IMG/VR virus record: IMGVR_UViG_3300020732_000013
Location: 1-62,896 of that record
Length of the DNA: 62,896 nucleotides
Strand: one strand, 5' to 3'
Source: a virus
Taxonomy: Duplodnaviria; Caudoviricetes
Positions 1-10,396 of the stretch are shown here, one piece after another (positions within the stretch are counted from its first letter, which is position 1; each line of letters begins with the position of its first letter). Below the pieces are notes generated by a model, which ran no database searches, was not told where the DNA came from, and saw nothing but the letters and a program-made list of their open reading frames with translations. The position numbers were made by a program, and so were the translations under genes.

Positions 1-1
1 T

Positions 2-3000
2 ATCGGTACCACCCCCGCCACATTCTTTGCACAGCATGAAGTCAATAACCTTGAATCTCAGGCTCGGGCGCAAGAAGCCGACATCGCTGCGGGTAAGAAG
101 CCGCGCGAAACATCGACAGGCAAATCGCTCGTTGCCTCTGCGGGTCAAACCGCATTTGACGTGTTTGGTGGCAAACTCTTTACGTCAATTCCCGGCGTTA
201 ACAAGATGATGGGCAAAATGCCCATTCTGCGTGATCTTGTTGGCGAGAGTGCTGAACCGCTTGAAGGTGAGACGGCTGAACAAGCGGCAGCGCGCGCTTC
301 TAAAGAAGCACAAGATAAAATCATTCAGGCTTCTCAAGACGGCAAACTCACATATAAAAATGGTATAGCCAAAGGCGTCGCTAAAGGCGTGGGCTTTGCC
401 GTGCCTCAGTCGCTTGCCAGTACGATCTTGGATCGTTGGCAGTCGGGTGAATCGAACGACGTCTTTAATGACCCCGATGCTGCTCACGCATGGAGAGACT
501 CTCTTCTGCAAGGTGCTGTCTTAGGCATGACGCTTGGCGTCGGCGAAGGCGCGTTCCATACCCGTGCGGAACGTAAACAGGCTGCGGATCTTATTGGGCA
601 GCGCAAGGCTGAAGAAAAAGCCGCTGCTGAAGCGGCGGCTGATGCGGAGAAGAAAATAACGGAGACTCCCAAGACTGCGGATCCGTTACTCGGTCAGGCG
701 CGCGATGTCATTATGGCTACAGGCGACGCTACTCGTGCCGACCATATTGCTGCTCTTATGGCGCAGGTTAAGGACGAGGACGGTAATCCTATCCCGCACT
801 CAAAAGCGACGTCATTGTTTAATGCGTTGACAAAGAAGTCTGCGGGAGACATGCAAGTCAAATTCTCTAAGCCCGATCCGCAAACGGGCGTACTCTCCAT
901 TAAGAACAAACTTACGGGAGAAGAGGAAGCACCAACGGCTGCACCGCACACGACCGAAGATCTTCTGGCTGAACCCGCAGCCGTTGCGGAAACTCATGTC
1001 GATGATCCTACGAGTCACAAAGGCACAGTGGATCCGGACAACACTCTTGCTCAAGAAGACGCAGAAGGAAAAAACGCAGATGACGTCGGCGCATTGGCTC
1101 CGGGCGAGGCAACTACGCCTCCGCACCAAACTGTCCAAGACGAAGGAGCAGTCCGTGGAAAAACCGATACTGAAGTTTCGGGTTCCGAAGGAGGAGACAC
1201 TGGAGATAACACAGGAGGGACTGGAGGAGGCGCTAAGTTGCCTACACTTTCAGATCCCGCCGACGAGCAGCGAATTGGACGCGTTGACAGTGAGGGAGTG
1301 GATAATACTAAGCCAAGTACTCCAACAACTGATGAAGGAACGGCAGGTGAGCAGCCTCCAGTAGCGTCTGAACCCCCGCCTATCATTCCTCCAATTGAGA
1401 CGCCGCCCGTTGCCGACCCGCCGCCTAAACCTGCGGAAGTCACGCCTGTCCACGATAAAGGTCAGATTGAGTCTGATCTTAGAGCAATGGCTGACGCTAA
1501 TGGGAACATTAAGGGATCCGATGCTGCGGAGTATGTTCGCACGCACTCTCCGAATGCGTTTCACCGATACATTGCCGGACTTGTCGGTAAGATGGTTGGG
1601 CACTTTGAACGTGCCGGATTCAAAATCAACGTTCGTTTTGAAGACCCAAATAACCCCCATACCTCCAGTTCAAGTATAAAGTCCGGGTCTAGTGGCGTTA
1701 CAAGTTCGGATTTACGCGATAGCGGAACTGACGCTAATACAATCACTATTCTTCTTTCTGGTAACAATCTTCGTACGGCTAAACGCCCTGCCAGATTTAG
1801 GGACGGCACGCCTACAACTATCGAAGCATATCCGGAACAAGCCAAAAACCCTGACACCATTGCCGGACATGACACGATTCTGCATGAATTGATCCACGCG
1901 GTAACGACTCATGCGATTGAGTACGGCGCGTACTACGCTCAGAACAACGCGGATATACCGGCATCACGTCGGTCCAAGTCATATCTAGTTGATGCCTATA
2001 ACGACTTGGCTGCGCTCCATAAACATGTTGTGGATCGCATTAATAAGATTCCTGACAACAAATTATCACCTGTTGAAAAGCGGCTTAAAAACTTTAGCAA
2101 CATGATGGATAACCCGCACGAGTTGCTTGCGTGGGGATTGTCGGACCCGGAGGCTGCGGAATGGCTATCGACTGTACCGTACAAGTCTGGCGGCAAACTC
2201 ACCAACGCGTGGCGCGCTATCGTCGATACAGTGGCGAAAATCCTTGGCGTTGATCCTGCTAAAAAGAACGCACTGAACGAATTGCTGCGAGTCAGCGAGA
2301 AGTACATTGGTAAAGACTCAACCAAGCAAGTGCTTGCGTTGCGTAAGAAGTATTCTAAAGAACCGACCTATCTAACGGACGTTACTTTTGCGCAAAGCAA
2401 AGTAGGGGCCGGTGAACGGCATTCAGATCATTTGTTTGATCAGACTGCGCTTGGGGAAGCCGCTAATCAAACAAGCGGCAGCAGAGAAAAACTCATCAAT
2501 ATGCCTATTGATGATTTTCTTAGCATGGCGCGCAGTTTCAGTGATAACGCAAACGGCAAACCTTCAGAAGGAAAGTTACGTTCAATTAGGAATGCTCTTA
2601 GCGAAACGGGAAAACTTCCAACCGGCGTGGGCGGTCGTATTCCATTTCTAAAATTTCGTAACACCGAACATGGTTGGGCCGAGGTCACAGGACACGAAGG
2701 GCGGCACCGTGCCCTTGCTCTTAAGGAGCAGGGCTACACTCACATGCCTGTTGTGCTGGAAAGCGATAGCGGTCACACGATCCGTTGGGGAAAACAAGAT
2801 AACCCCGATCACATGGATTACGTCCAAAACTGGCCGCACACTTTGTTTGGTGAACGCGATAGCGCAGATTCAACTGGGCATGGGAATAATCGAATCGACT
2901 TCCCAGTTACGCGAGAAGCCGCAACTGAGGAGCGTAGAGTGCGCGCGCAGCGTAAGACTGCGCCCAAAGCCCCAACGACTCCGGAAGAGTGGGAGCGTCT

Positions 3001-6000
3001 TCGCGCCGAAGAACTAGAGGCCAAGTCCCTTAAGGGTAAGGTCAAACAGAGTATCATGGACCTGTGGAAAGGTGCCAAGAGCGGTGCGTACGACAAATTG
3101 GTCACGCTGTTCCAGAATGAATGGCGTCCGCTTAAGTTGCTTGAACATATGCGGGATCTTGCTAACTCCAACGTCATTGGCGGGGACAAGGCAACCAACA
3201 TCTACACCAATCTGATTGGCGCAATGGATCGTGCATCAAGCCTGATGGCAATGCACTTGAATCCGTTGTTCCAAGAAGTGCGGAATCAGATTCGTTCTTT
3301 CGCTAAGAATAATGATCTGTCATGGAACGAAGCGTTGGCCCGCCTTGACGGAATGCGTGTCTCGCTACACGAGCCTGAGCGCCGTCGTACGGTCTTTGTC
3401 CGCGAAGCACCATTGAAGACTGCACCACGGGCATATCAAGACGCCAACGGCAATACCGTCATGATGTCTCCGGCGGATCGTCGACAGCGCATCCTCGACA
3501 AAATCGCTGATGCCAATGTCTCGGCTGCGGACAAAGAGAAACTGGAACAAGCCCTGCACAAGATGGTCTTTGAGAAAGATGCTAAGGGCAACTTTGTCAA
3601 TCTGGATGAGAATGGTCATAGCCCAACGAAAGGCAAGGGGCCGAAGTCCATCGACGAGAATTCACCGGAGTACAACGTTGTCGGTGGATACAACTCGGAC
3701 TTCATCAAGCAACTCCGCCAAGGGTACGATGACGCTACCGCCAATGGTGCGAATCCAGAAATCAACCGCATCTTTGATCTGTTAAAAGAGATCGAAGCGA
3801 AGGGGCGTGAGTTCGACCGTGCTGCCAATTACTGGACGAACTACACGGACGGTATCGTTGCCGCCTACGGGTGGAAAAACTACGTGCCGTTCAAAGGTCT
3901 TGGTGGGCAGGAAGCGAAGTTCGAATTGAACGGCAAATACAAGGGTGTCAGTGGCGAACACGCTGACGCGCCGAACGCGTTCGAAGCCCGTGAATCTGAG
4001 GCCGACAACAGTCTTCTCCAAACGATGGTCGACGCCTCCCGTGCCGCAGGGCGCGCAGGACGTAAGGATGTCACCAAGATTCTGAAGAACCTCATCAACG
4101 CCAAAGATGGCATGGGGATCAACGGCAAGTTGGTGAAGACTCTGACCGCGCAAGAGCGCTACGAAAACAAAGTCGACATGAGTGAGTACAAGAAGAGGGG
4201 CAACTTCTTCCACTACATGCCGAACGGCGACATCGAAGTGTACTCACTGACCAAAGATCCTGAGATTCTTGACGCGATTCGCCGACCGTTCGAAGAGGCT
4301 GGCCCAGTGCAGCGCGTCTTAAACGGGCTTACGGGCTTCATGGGTAAACAGCACACCCGGTATAACCTCGCGTTCGCTCCCATGAACTATGTGAAGCATA
4401 CGTTATCTAACGCCTATAACTTGGCGGGACATGCTGGGTTAGGTACGGCGGTAGACTATCTTGGGGCGACCGTTGGTAACACGGGGAACATGCTCAAGGC
4501 GGCGACGTTCGCCAAGCACCTTGTCTCCGGCGACGCTGATGCCATCGACAAGATGCGGAACAGTTCCGACCCGTTCATCCGCAACATGGTCGAGTACATG
4601 GAAGAGGGCGGACGCACGACATACGGTCAGACGTACTCCATCACCTCCAAGATGGACGACATTAAGAAGACTGTTGGACGAGGCAACGTTCTGCACAACG
4701 CGCAGCAGATCGCGCATTACTTCGATGCCTACCAAGACATGTTTGACCTCACGAGTCGTACCTCTGCGTACGGCGTGATCAAACAGAAACTGATGCAAGA
4801 AGGCATGACGGAACCGCAAGCGCGAGAACTCGCAGCGGCACAGGCCAAGGAACTGACCAACTATCGCTTGATCGGTAAGTACGGTCGCTCGGCGGGGGGA
4901 CTGTTCATGTTCTTCCGTCCTGCGGCATCGTCGGCGGTTGCTGCCATCGATACGCTGCGCCCTGCGTTCCAGTCCGTGGAGTCTGTCCTCGCCAAGTATC
5001 CTGAGAGCGTTCTTAAGGATCCGGCGAAGAAACAGGCGATCATCGACAACCACGTCAAGTTGCAGCAGAACACTAAGCGCTTGGCAGTCTCATTGGTGGG
5101 TGCCGGAGCCGCGCTCTACACGATGGCATTCTTGGCATCGGGCAACGACGAGCAGGGGCGTAACCGCGTCGCGTCGGATGATAAGGCGCGGTGGACTCGC
5201 TATATGCGTCTGCCGATTTTGGGTGATGCAGCGAACGGGTTCTTCCAGTTGCCGTGGGGCTTCGGCCTTGGTGGTCTGGGCGCGCTTGGTGCGCAACTTG
5301 CGGCCTTGTCGTACGGACATCAAAAACCCAGCGAAGCGGCGGGCAACATTATTAACATTGCCGCAGAATCTTTCTTGCCGATCACCCCGTCGCACATCAA
5401 TCCGACCGACAATTTGTTCGCGTTCATGCTCGACACGGTCACGCCTAGCGGCTTGCGTCCGTGGGTAGAGTACGCCATGAACCGCGACGATATGGGCAAT
5501 GAAATCTTTAACGCACGGCAAGGCAAGTACAGCGATGTGTTTACCGGCGGTGACCACATCCCGCAAGGCTATAAAGACATTGCTCGTATGCTCTATCGGT
5601 TGACGGACTACAAGTTAGAAGTTAGCCCGAACACCTTGTACTTCTTCGCGACGCACTACTTCGACGCCATTGGGCGCATTGCCAACATGGGTTATGACCT
5701 GAAGTTGATGGCGGATGGGAACAAGCACTTCGACTACAAACACGACCTCCCGCTTACGGATAGTTTCGTGGGTACGTACTCCAACGTGGACGCTCGGCAG
5801 TGGCAAGAGATCCAGAAACAATTGGATGAGAAGTCCCGAACGTTAAACACGTTGAAGAAGACGGACTCGGATGCTTACGTGAAATATATGATGGAGCATC
5901 CAACGGAGCAGTTCTTAGTCAACAATTATCATCATATGGCGAATGCTCAGTTAAAAGAGTTAGCGGCACGACGTTTGTCCATTCAATTGGCACCGGATGA

Positions 6001-6112
6001 ACAGATACCGCCATTGCAGCGCGAAGAGATCGTTAAGGAGATCCGTTTACATGAGAACGCGATCAAATCCAATCTCATCGCGCGATACCATGAAATGGGT
6101 ATCGATCCTTAA
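2..6112 (+). CDS. C-terminal ~2,036 aa of a giant virion/ejected polyvalent protein (zincin metallopeptidase, ParB/Srx-like and LPD38-like domains); 5'-truncated
   Basis: Frame is open from base 2 (IGTTPATFF...), so the track's start at 161 is not the true start. TILHELIH (1883-1897) plus downstream NPHELLAW; GHEGRHRALAL ParB-like motif (~2690-2720); C-terminal LPWGFG/ESFLP/LRPWVEYAMNRD resembles LPD38. Last gene of the ejection cluster. Confidence 0.75.
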   Translation: MGTTPATFFAQHEVNNLESQARAQEADIAAGKKPRETSTGKSLVASAGQTAFDVFGGKLFTSIPGVNKMMGKMPILRDLVGESAEPLEGETAEQAAARASKEAQDKIIQASQDGKLTYKNGIAKGVAKGVGFAVPQSLASTILDRWQSGESNDVFNDPDAAHAWRDSLLQGAVLGMTLGVGEGAFHTRAERKQAADLIGQRKAEEKAAAEAAADAEKKITETPKTADPLLGQARDVIMATGDATRADHIAALMAQVKDEDGNPIPHSKATSLFNALTKKSAGDMQVKFSKPDPQTGVLSIKNKLTGEEEAPTAAPHTTEDLLAEPAAVAETHVDDPTSHKGTVDPDNTLAQEDAEGKNADDVGALAPGEATTPPHQTVQDEGAVRGKTDTEVSGSEGGDTGDNTGGTGGGAKLPTLSDPADEQRIGRVDSEGVDNTKPSTPTTDEGTAGEQPPVASEPPPIIPPIETPPVADPPPKPAEVTPVHDKGQIESDLRAMADANGNIKGSDAAEYVRTHSPNAFHRYIAGLVGKMVGHFERAGFKINVRFEDPNNPHTSSSSIKSGSSGVTSSDLRDSGTDANTITILLSGNNLRTAKRPARFRDGTPTTIEAYPEQAKNPDTIAGHDTILHELIHAVTTHAIEYGAYYAQNNADIPASRRSKSYLVDAYNDLAALHKHVVDRINKIPDNKLSPVEKRLKNFSNMMDNPHELLAWGLSDPEAAEWLSTVPYKSGGKLTNAWRAIVDTVAKILGVDPAKKNALNELLRVSEKYIGKDSTKQVLALRKKYSKEPTYLTDVTFAQSKVGAGERHSDHLFDQTALGEAANQTSGSREKLINMPIDDFLSMARSFSDNANGKPSEGKLRSIRNALSETGKLPTGVGGRIPFLKFRNTEHGWAEVTGHEGRHRALALKEQGYTHMPVVLESDSGHTIRWGKQDNPDHMDYVQNWPHTLFGERDSADSTGHGNNRIDFPVTREAATEERRVRAQRKTAPKAPTTPEEWERLRAEELEAKSLKGKVKQSIMDLWKGAKSGAYDKLVTLFQNEWRPLKLLEHMRDLANSNVIGGDKATNIYTNLIGAMDRASSLMAMHLNPLFQEVRNQIRSFAKNNDLSWNEALARLDGMRVSLHEPERRRTVFVREAPLKTAPRAYQDANGNTVMMSPADRRQRILDKIADANVSAADKEKLEQALHKMVFEKDAKGNFVNLDENGHSPTKGKGPKSIDENSPEYNVVGGYNSDFIKQLRQGYDDATANGANPEINRIFDLLKEIEAKGREFDRAANYWTNYTDGIVAAYGWKNYVPFKGLGGQEAKFELNGKYKGVSGEHADAPNAFEARESEADNSLLQTMVDASRAAGRAGRKDVTKILKNLINAKDGMGINGKLVKTLTAQERYENKVDMSEYKKRGNFFHYMPNGDIEVYSLTKDPEILDAIRRPFEEAGPVQRVLNGLTGFMGKQHTRYNLAFAPMNYVKHTLSNAYNLAGHAGLGTAVDYLGATVGNTGNMLKAATFAKHLVSGDADAIDKMRNSSDPFIRNMVEYMEEGGRTTYGQTYSITSKMDDIKKTVGRGNVLHNAQQIAHYFDAYQDMFDLTSRTSAYGVIKQKLMQEGMTEPQARELAAAQAKELTNYRLIGKYGRSAGGLFMFFRPAASSAVAAIDTLRPAFQSVESVLAKYPESVLKDPAKKQAIIDNHVKLQQNTKRLAVSLVGAGAALYTMAFLASGNDEQGRNRVASDDKARWTRYMRLPILGDAANGFFQLPWGFGLGGLGALGAQLAALSYGHQKPSEAAGNIINIAAESFLPITPSHINPTDNLFAFMLDTVTPSGLRPWVEYAMNRDDMGNEIFNARQGKYSDVFTGGDHIPQGYKDIARMLYRLTDYKLEVSPNTLYFFATHYFDAIGRIANMGYDLKLMADGNKHFDYKHDLPLTDSFVGTYSNVDARQWQEIQKQLDEKSRTLNTLKKTDSDAYVKYMMEHPTEQFLVNNYHHMANAQLKELAARRLSIQLAPDEQIPPLQREEIVKEIRLHENAIKSNLIARYHEMGIDP

Positions 6113-6315
6113 CGGATACGCCATACCCGTACTCCAAGGTAGCCGTCTTTCGTAGTGGTGAGGGCTTTAACCTTCACCCCGGCTACCTTGGAGCGTGTGT
6201 CAATGACGTAGATCATTTGAGCGGGTTGAAGCGTTGGTATAAAAAAACTCTCACCCACGTCCAACGCTTCAAACGGCAGGAGCCAATTTGGCTCTTGAAA
6301 CTCATTCAGTTCCAT
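6109..6315 (-). CDS. Small conserved phage protein, possibly DNA-binding
   Basis: PFEALDVGESFFIP...VRVWRI pattern; overlaps the primase stop; its stop overlaps that of the convergent giant gene. Confidence 0.65.
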   Translation of the reverse strand: MELNEFQEPNWLLPFEALDVGESFFIPTLQPAQMIYVIDTRSKVAGVKVKALTTTKDGYLGVRVWRIR

Positions 6316-9130
6316 CGGACTTCTGCAAATCGCTCAAGAGCGCCGGGGCGAACTCTATGCAGTTTACCGCCGGGGAAGACCCAGTTCCTGACTTCCACCC
6401 CGTACCCAAGCGCATCTTCTTGATCCCCCGGCACATGCCATCCTTCTCCATCGCGGTGAAGAACTCGTCCTCGCTGACTTGCTTGCTCGACAAGAACTTC
6501 TTGAACGCCGACGATAGATAGAATATTCCTTTATCAGTCTCAATACGACCTATCAACTCGTTCCTCGGTTCTTGCACGACGCGCTGCTCTTCCGTATTGA
6601 TGATGAGGAACTTATCGATGTTCCGCAGGTAGTACTCGCCGATCAATGGCGGGTAGTCGAACGTCTCCAACTTCACAACCTTATCCCGAATGCGAATCAT
6701 CTCAAGGATGACGCCGTTGAAAATTCGATCCAGATCAAACTCAAAGATCTTAGCCTCGTTCGCTAACTCACCTGCCGCCAGACACGCGGTGAGGATGTCG
6801 CCGTAGAATCGATACGCAATGCTCTTGGAGAAACTCTTAGAGAATTTGTCCATGTAGTAGTCCAACAACTTCTGGATCTTTTTGTCGCCTACCTTAAAGA
6901 CCTGCTTGATGAACTCAGGCCCTGCCCATCCGTAGTTCGCCATCAAGATGCCCATGTCTCGACGCCCGACCTCACTGTCTTCCCACAGTTTGGGGCGTGG
7001 CAGATTGAGTTGAATCAGACGCGCCATCTCTCCGGTTGGCTTGTCTTTGAGTTCAAGCAGGATCTCGTGATAGTCACGGTTGCCTGTCAGGATGGATAGG
7101 GTCGCTGCCGGGAGTTGCAACTCACGCTCCGCATCAATGGAGTGCTGTAAACGGATCTTGCCGCTGCCCTGTGAGATCTGATGAATCATATACGACAGCG
7201 CTTTGGAGTCGATGTTGCCGGTCTCGTCGAGTCCCAATGGCATGTTCTTCAAAGACAGATAGCGCTGCATCAGGCCCATCTGTGTCGATCCCGTGCCTTC
7301 CACGATGCTCTGCCGCTTAGGATGGCCCCAGATACCCAACGCTGCGTAGAGCGTCGCGGACTTGCCGTGGCCTGTTCCGGCGCTGACCAGACCAATGGTG
7401 CCACCCGGACTCGCGGTATAGCGCATCAAAGACGCACCCAATCCTGCTAACGGACCGGCGAAAGCGTGAATTTCAAATCCCGGTTCGTTGAAGACTTTAA
7501 TACCTGACTGCCATTCCTCGTAACTGCCTTCACGACGAAACAGTTTTGAGATGCCGTGAATGGCTACAGAGGTTGCCGCAGCGCGCTCTGATCCGTCGGG
7601 GCGAATCTCAATGTTGCCCACAATGAATGCGTCGCACTTCTCGGACCAACCCATTTGCATACGCATGATTTCCGCCGCCTCTTTCTCTTGCAGGTAGATC
7701 GTCCACTTCTTCAAATATGCCAACACCAACTTGGCATGACCGGGGTTCTCTATGATCTCTCCGGCAATACCCATCACGCGGGTCAACTCTGCCAGCGACG
7801 CAATGTGCTTCATCGGCAATGGGAATTCTAACGGTTCGTCTCTCGGCTTCAGTTGCCGCATCACGAGCATTTCACCGTCCGGCCCACCCACCACGCGCTT
7901 GATTGGGAACATGTCATGGTGCAAGACGCAGGTCGTCGACTCTATGGAATTACCGTCATCGTCTTCTTCACTTGAGGTGTAATAGATGCCTCCGTTCTTG
8001 CCTCGGCTAAACGGGAAGAGTGATTTCGGAAAGAGAGGAATTGCTTTGGGATCCTCTTCGATCCAAACTGCGTCCGTTTCAGTGGCTTCTTCTGCATACG
8101 GGGCTACCTGAACCTTTGCGCCTATTTCGATGGGCGACGTGATTTTGAGTTTGCAGTCCTTGCAGTACTGCGGATAGTTAGAGCGGAACCAATTGCAGGT
8201 TCGCGGCCCTTTCCATTCTGCTGATGCCTTGGCTTCCGTTGCTTCCCAGTTGTACTGCGGATGGTCTTCAGAAAGCGCGTGGATGGCTATGTCACGGTCT
8301 TCGCACTTATTCGCGATAGACAGTCCGGCAGTCCACAGGTCATATCCCAAAGTCTTGGCGTTGAGAAGCATGTTGCGAATCTGTCCACACCCATGCCCTT
8401 CCGCAGTCTTTTCTACAATCAGTTCAAAACTAGACGCGCGGTTCTTGAAAATCGCGGTATCGTCATCTAGACCTTTCTCTACTGATGCTAGGACATGATT
8501 AATTTCGGGGGTGGTTTGATCAACTTCGACTTCGCCTAGAAGATTCTTAAAGTTGTCAAAGTCAAACTGATAAAAGTGACACGACTCGACCGCAGTAAGA
8601 ACGTGTGGCGTGTGTTTGTAATTAAAGGTGTTGGGGCAACGCATTACGCGCGCTGCGTCGGCAGTCACCGTCTTGTCGATCAACAGCCCGTTGTCTACGC
8701 AGAACGCTTTGAACTTCTCCGCGTATACCTTCCACTCAGCCGTCGGTACGTCTTCAGTAAAAGGCCACCACACCTGAATACCAGTGCCTGAATTAACCAC
8801 GTATGGCGGCGGTATCTCGGTCTTGTCAAGGAAGTCACGCAGACCGGTGCGCGCGGATTCTTGTGTCGGGTATTTGTTTTCTTCCGGACCTACGTCCAGA
8901 TCCACAAAGAACGCGCGAGACCATTGCGCGTTGTCTGCTTTGCGGCTGTAGTCTTTGAATGTGTTAGCGGCTATGTAGATGCTATAAGAATCGTCTTTGA
9001 ACGTTTGGATTTCATGGAGTACGCCGTCGAGTGTCTCTGCGAACCGATTGAACGCCCTGCCGTTCCTGATCCCGGTTACACAATAGACACCCTGCGACGG
9101 TAGGATTTTCTCGTAGAATTGTTTTTCCAT
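6302..9130 (-). CDS. Primase-helicase: AEP/RepB'-like primase, PriCT-like Cys region, DUF927 and P-loop helicase
   Basis: FFVDLDVG, NSGTGIQVWW and DAARVMRCPNTFNYK primase motifs; Walker A GTGHGKS; Walker B LGLDE. Start placed at ATG 9130 (MEKQFY) because the track's upstream extension runs through a terminator hairpin. Confidence 0.85.
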   Translation of the reverse strand: MEKQFYEKILPSQGVYCVTGIRNGRAFNRFAETLDGVLHEIQTFKDDSYSIYIAANTFKDYSRKADNAQWSRAFFVDLDVGPEENKYPTQESARTGLRDFLDKTEIPPPYVVNSGTGIQVWWPFTEDVPTAEWKVYAEKFKAFCVDNGLLIDKTVTADAARVMRCPNTFNYKHTPHVLTAVESCHFYQFDFDNFKNLLGEVEVDQTTPEINHVLASVEKGLDDDTAIFKNRASSFELIVEKTAEGHGCGQIRNMLLNAKTLGYDLWTAGLSIANKCEDRDIAIHALSEDHPQYNWEATEAKASAEWKGPRTCNWFRSNYPQYCKDCKLKITSPIEIGAKVQVAPYAEEATETDAVWIEEDPKAIPLFPKSLFPFSRGKNGGIYYTSSEEDDDGNSIESTTCVLHHDMFPIKRVVGGPDGEMLVMRQLKPRDEPLEFPLPMKHIASLAELTRVMGIAGEIIENPGHAKLVLAYLKKWTIYLQEKEAAEIMRMQMGWSEKCDAFIVGNIEIRPDGSERAAATSVAIHGISKLFRREGSYEEWQSGIKVFNEPGFEIHAFAGPLAGLGASLMRYTASPGGTIGLVSAGTGHGKSATLYAALGIWGHPKRQSIVEGTGSTQMGLMQRYLSLKNMPLGLDETGNIDSKALSYMIHQISQGSGKIRLQHSIDAERELQLPAATLSILTGNRDYHEILLELKDKPTGEMARLIQLNLPRPKLWEDSEVGRRDMGILMANYGWAGPEFIKQVFKVGDKKIQKLLDYYMDKFSKSFSKSIAYRFYGDILTACLAAGELANEAKIFEFDLDRIFNGVILEMIRIRDKVVKLETFDYPPLIGEYYLRNIDKFLIINTEEQRVVQEPRNELIGRIETDKGIFYLSSAFKKFLSSKQVSEDEFFTAMEKDGMCRGIKKMRLGTGWKSGTGSSPAVNCIEFAPALLSDLQKSDGTE

Positions 9131-9147
9131 AATACCGTTTCGCAGAG

Positions 9148-9184
9148 AAAAAAAGGGCGGGGGTCGCGCATCCGACACCCCGCC
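9148..9184 (-). terminator. Intrinsic terminator between the HTH gene and the primase gene
   Basis: Minus strand reads GGCGGGGTGTCG-GATGCG-CGACCCCCGCC, then C and T7. Confidence 0.75.
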
Positions 9185-9199
9185 AACTTCAATCAAATA

Positions 9200-9511
9200 T
9201 TAAATTTTTACGCCAAGCATCTCTTCAATATAAGCCTTCGCATCAGGCATGTTGCGCGCCGGAAGCCGCCCCATGCTCATGTCTTCTTGTACGATCTTCA
9301 TGAAGGCCTCGACGATTCGACGCTTCTTCTCCCGAACACCCTGACCGCGAAACCAACTATAGACTGTGGTTGGCGTTGTCTCCAACGCCACTGCCACATA
9401 GGTAGCAGGTAGATTTGTCTTGACGCAGAGTCGTGCCAACTCTACGCCAAGACTATCTACGGTCTGCTTGTTGAGTTCTAATAAGAACTTTTCGCTGTAA
9501 GAGCGTGGCAT
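9200..9511 (-). CDS. XRE-like helix-turn-helix protein
   Basis: ATYVAVALETTPTTVYSWFRG HTH pattern. Confidence 0.7.
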   Translation of the reverse strand: MPRSYSEKFLLELNKQTVDSLGVELARLCVKTNLPATYVAVALETTPTTVYSWFRGQGVREKKRRIVEAFMKIVQEDMSMGRLPARNMPDAKAYIEEMLGVKI

Positions 9512-9515
9512 AAAC

Positions 9516-10394
9516 TTACTTCTTCTTGCCCCACTTCTTCAAGACATCCGACATGTCCGACTCAGCAGGAGCCTCAGTCGCCTTCGGTGTATCACGCGCC
9601 ACAGGCTCAGAAATGACAACGTCTTCTTCGCGCTGCGGTGCAGCAGCAAACGGCATCGGCTCCATGCCTTCACCTTTGCCTTTGTCCTGCTGAAACACCG
9701 TCATCTTCACAGCGTGGGTCGCAGCAGCGCTCAAGCCCTGATCGCGGATGGTCTCCAGATGCTCAGTCGGCACCGCAGCGGCAGCGGAGAAGAGCAACTT
9801 CGGAACAGGCGAGTTCGTATCGAACTGCATGCGAGTGATGACTCGACCTGCGCTAACATTATTATTAGCCAACATCTGCACGTAGGACTTGAACGGATAC
9901 TTGCCGTTCTCTTCCTTACCGAACACAGACGTCGCCGGAAGAACCAACTGCATGACATCGCCATCCGGATCGTTAGGCAACACCACAGCGGTGCGCCACG
10001 ACAGACGGCAAGCGGTGCCCTGACCCGTGTAGCCCGAACCTTTCACGCTGAACTGGCACTGATCACACGCAGACGCTTGCGGCGTCTTGCACTCAGGATC
10101 CGGCACCTTGCTATTGTTCGACCAACACGTCGGCGATACCTTCGCGCCTTCCTGATAGCCCTGCGTGTACAACGTACGCGCGGGGTTGTGCGCCATCTTT
10201 ACAAAGATGATGTTCATGTGGCGGTCTTCGATAGCAGCGACCTGCTTACCGCCCGACATCTTGCGGAACACGCCGCCCTTGATAGAGATGCGCTTATTGA
10301 AGTTGCTGTTACCCACAACGGCGCGGGTGTCATCGTCAAGCCCCGTCACAACAACGGCCTGACTCTGGATCGCTTTGATTACATCGTAACTCAT
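9516..10394 (-). CDS. Conserved replication protein, putative ssDNA-binding protein
   Basis: RISIKGGVF, PTCWS, CDQC and GTACR motifs; flexible acidic tail ending in WGKKK; lies in the replication module. Confidence 0.55.
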   Translation of the reverse strand: MSYDVIKAIQSQAVVVTGLDDDTRAVVGNSNFNKRISIKGGVFRKMSGGKQVAAIEDRHMNIIFVKMAHNPARTLYTQGYQEGAKVSPTCWSNNSKVPDPECKTPQASACDQCQFSVKGSGYTGQGTACRLSWRTAVVLPNDPDGDVMQLVLPATSVFGKEENGKYPFKSYVQMLANNNVSAGRVITRMQFDTNSPVPKLLFSAAAAVPTEHLETIRDQGLSAAATHAVKMTVFQQDKGKGEGMEPMPFAAAPQREEDVVISEPVARDTPKATEAPAESDMSDVLKKWGKKK

Positions 10395-10396
10395 GA

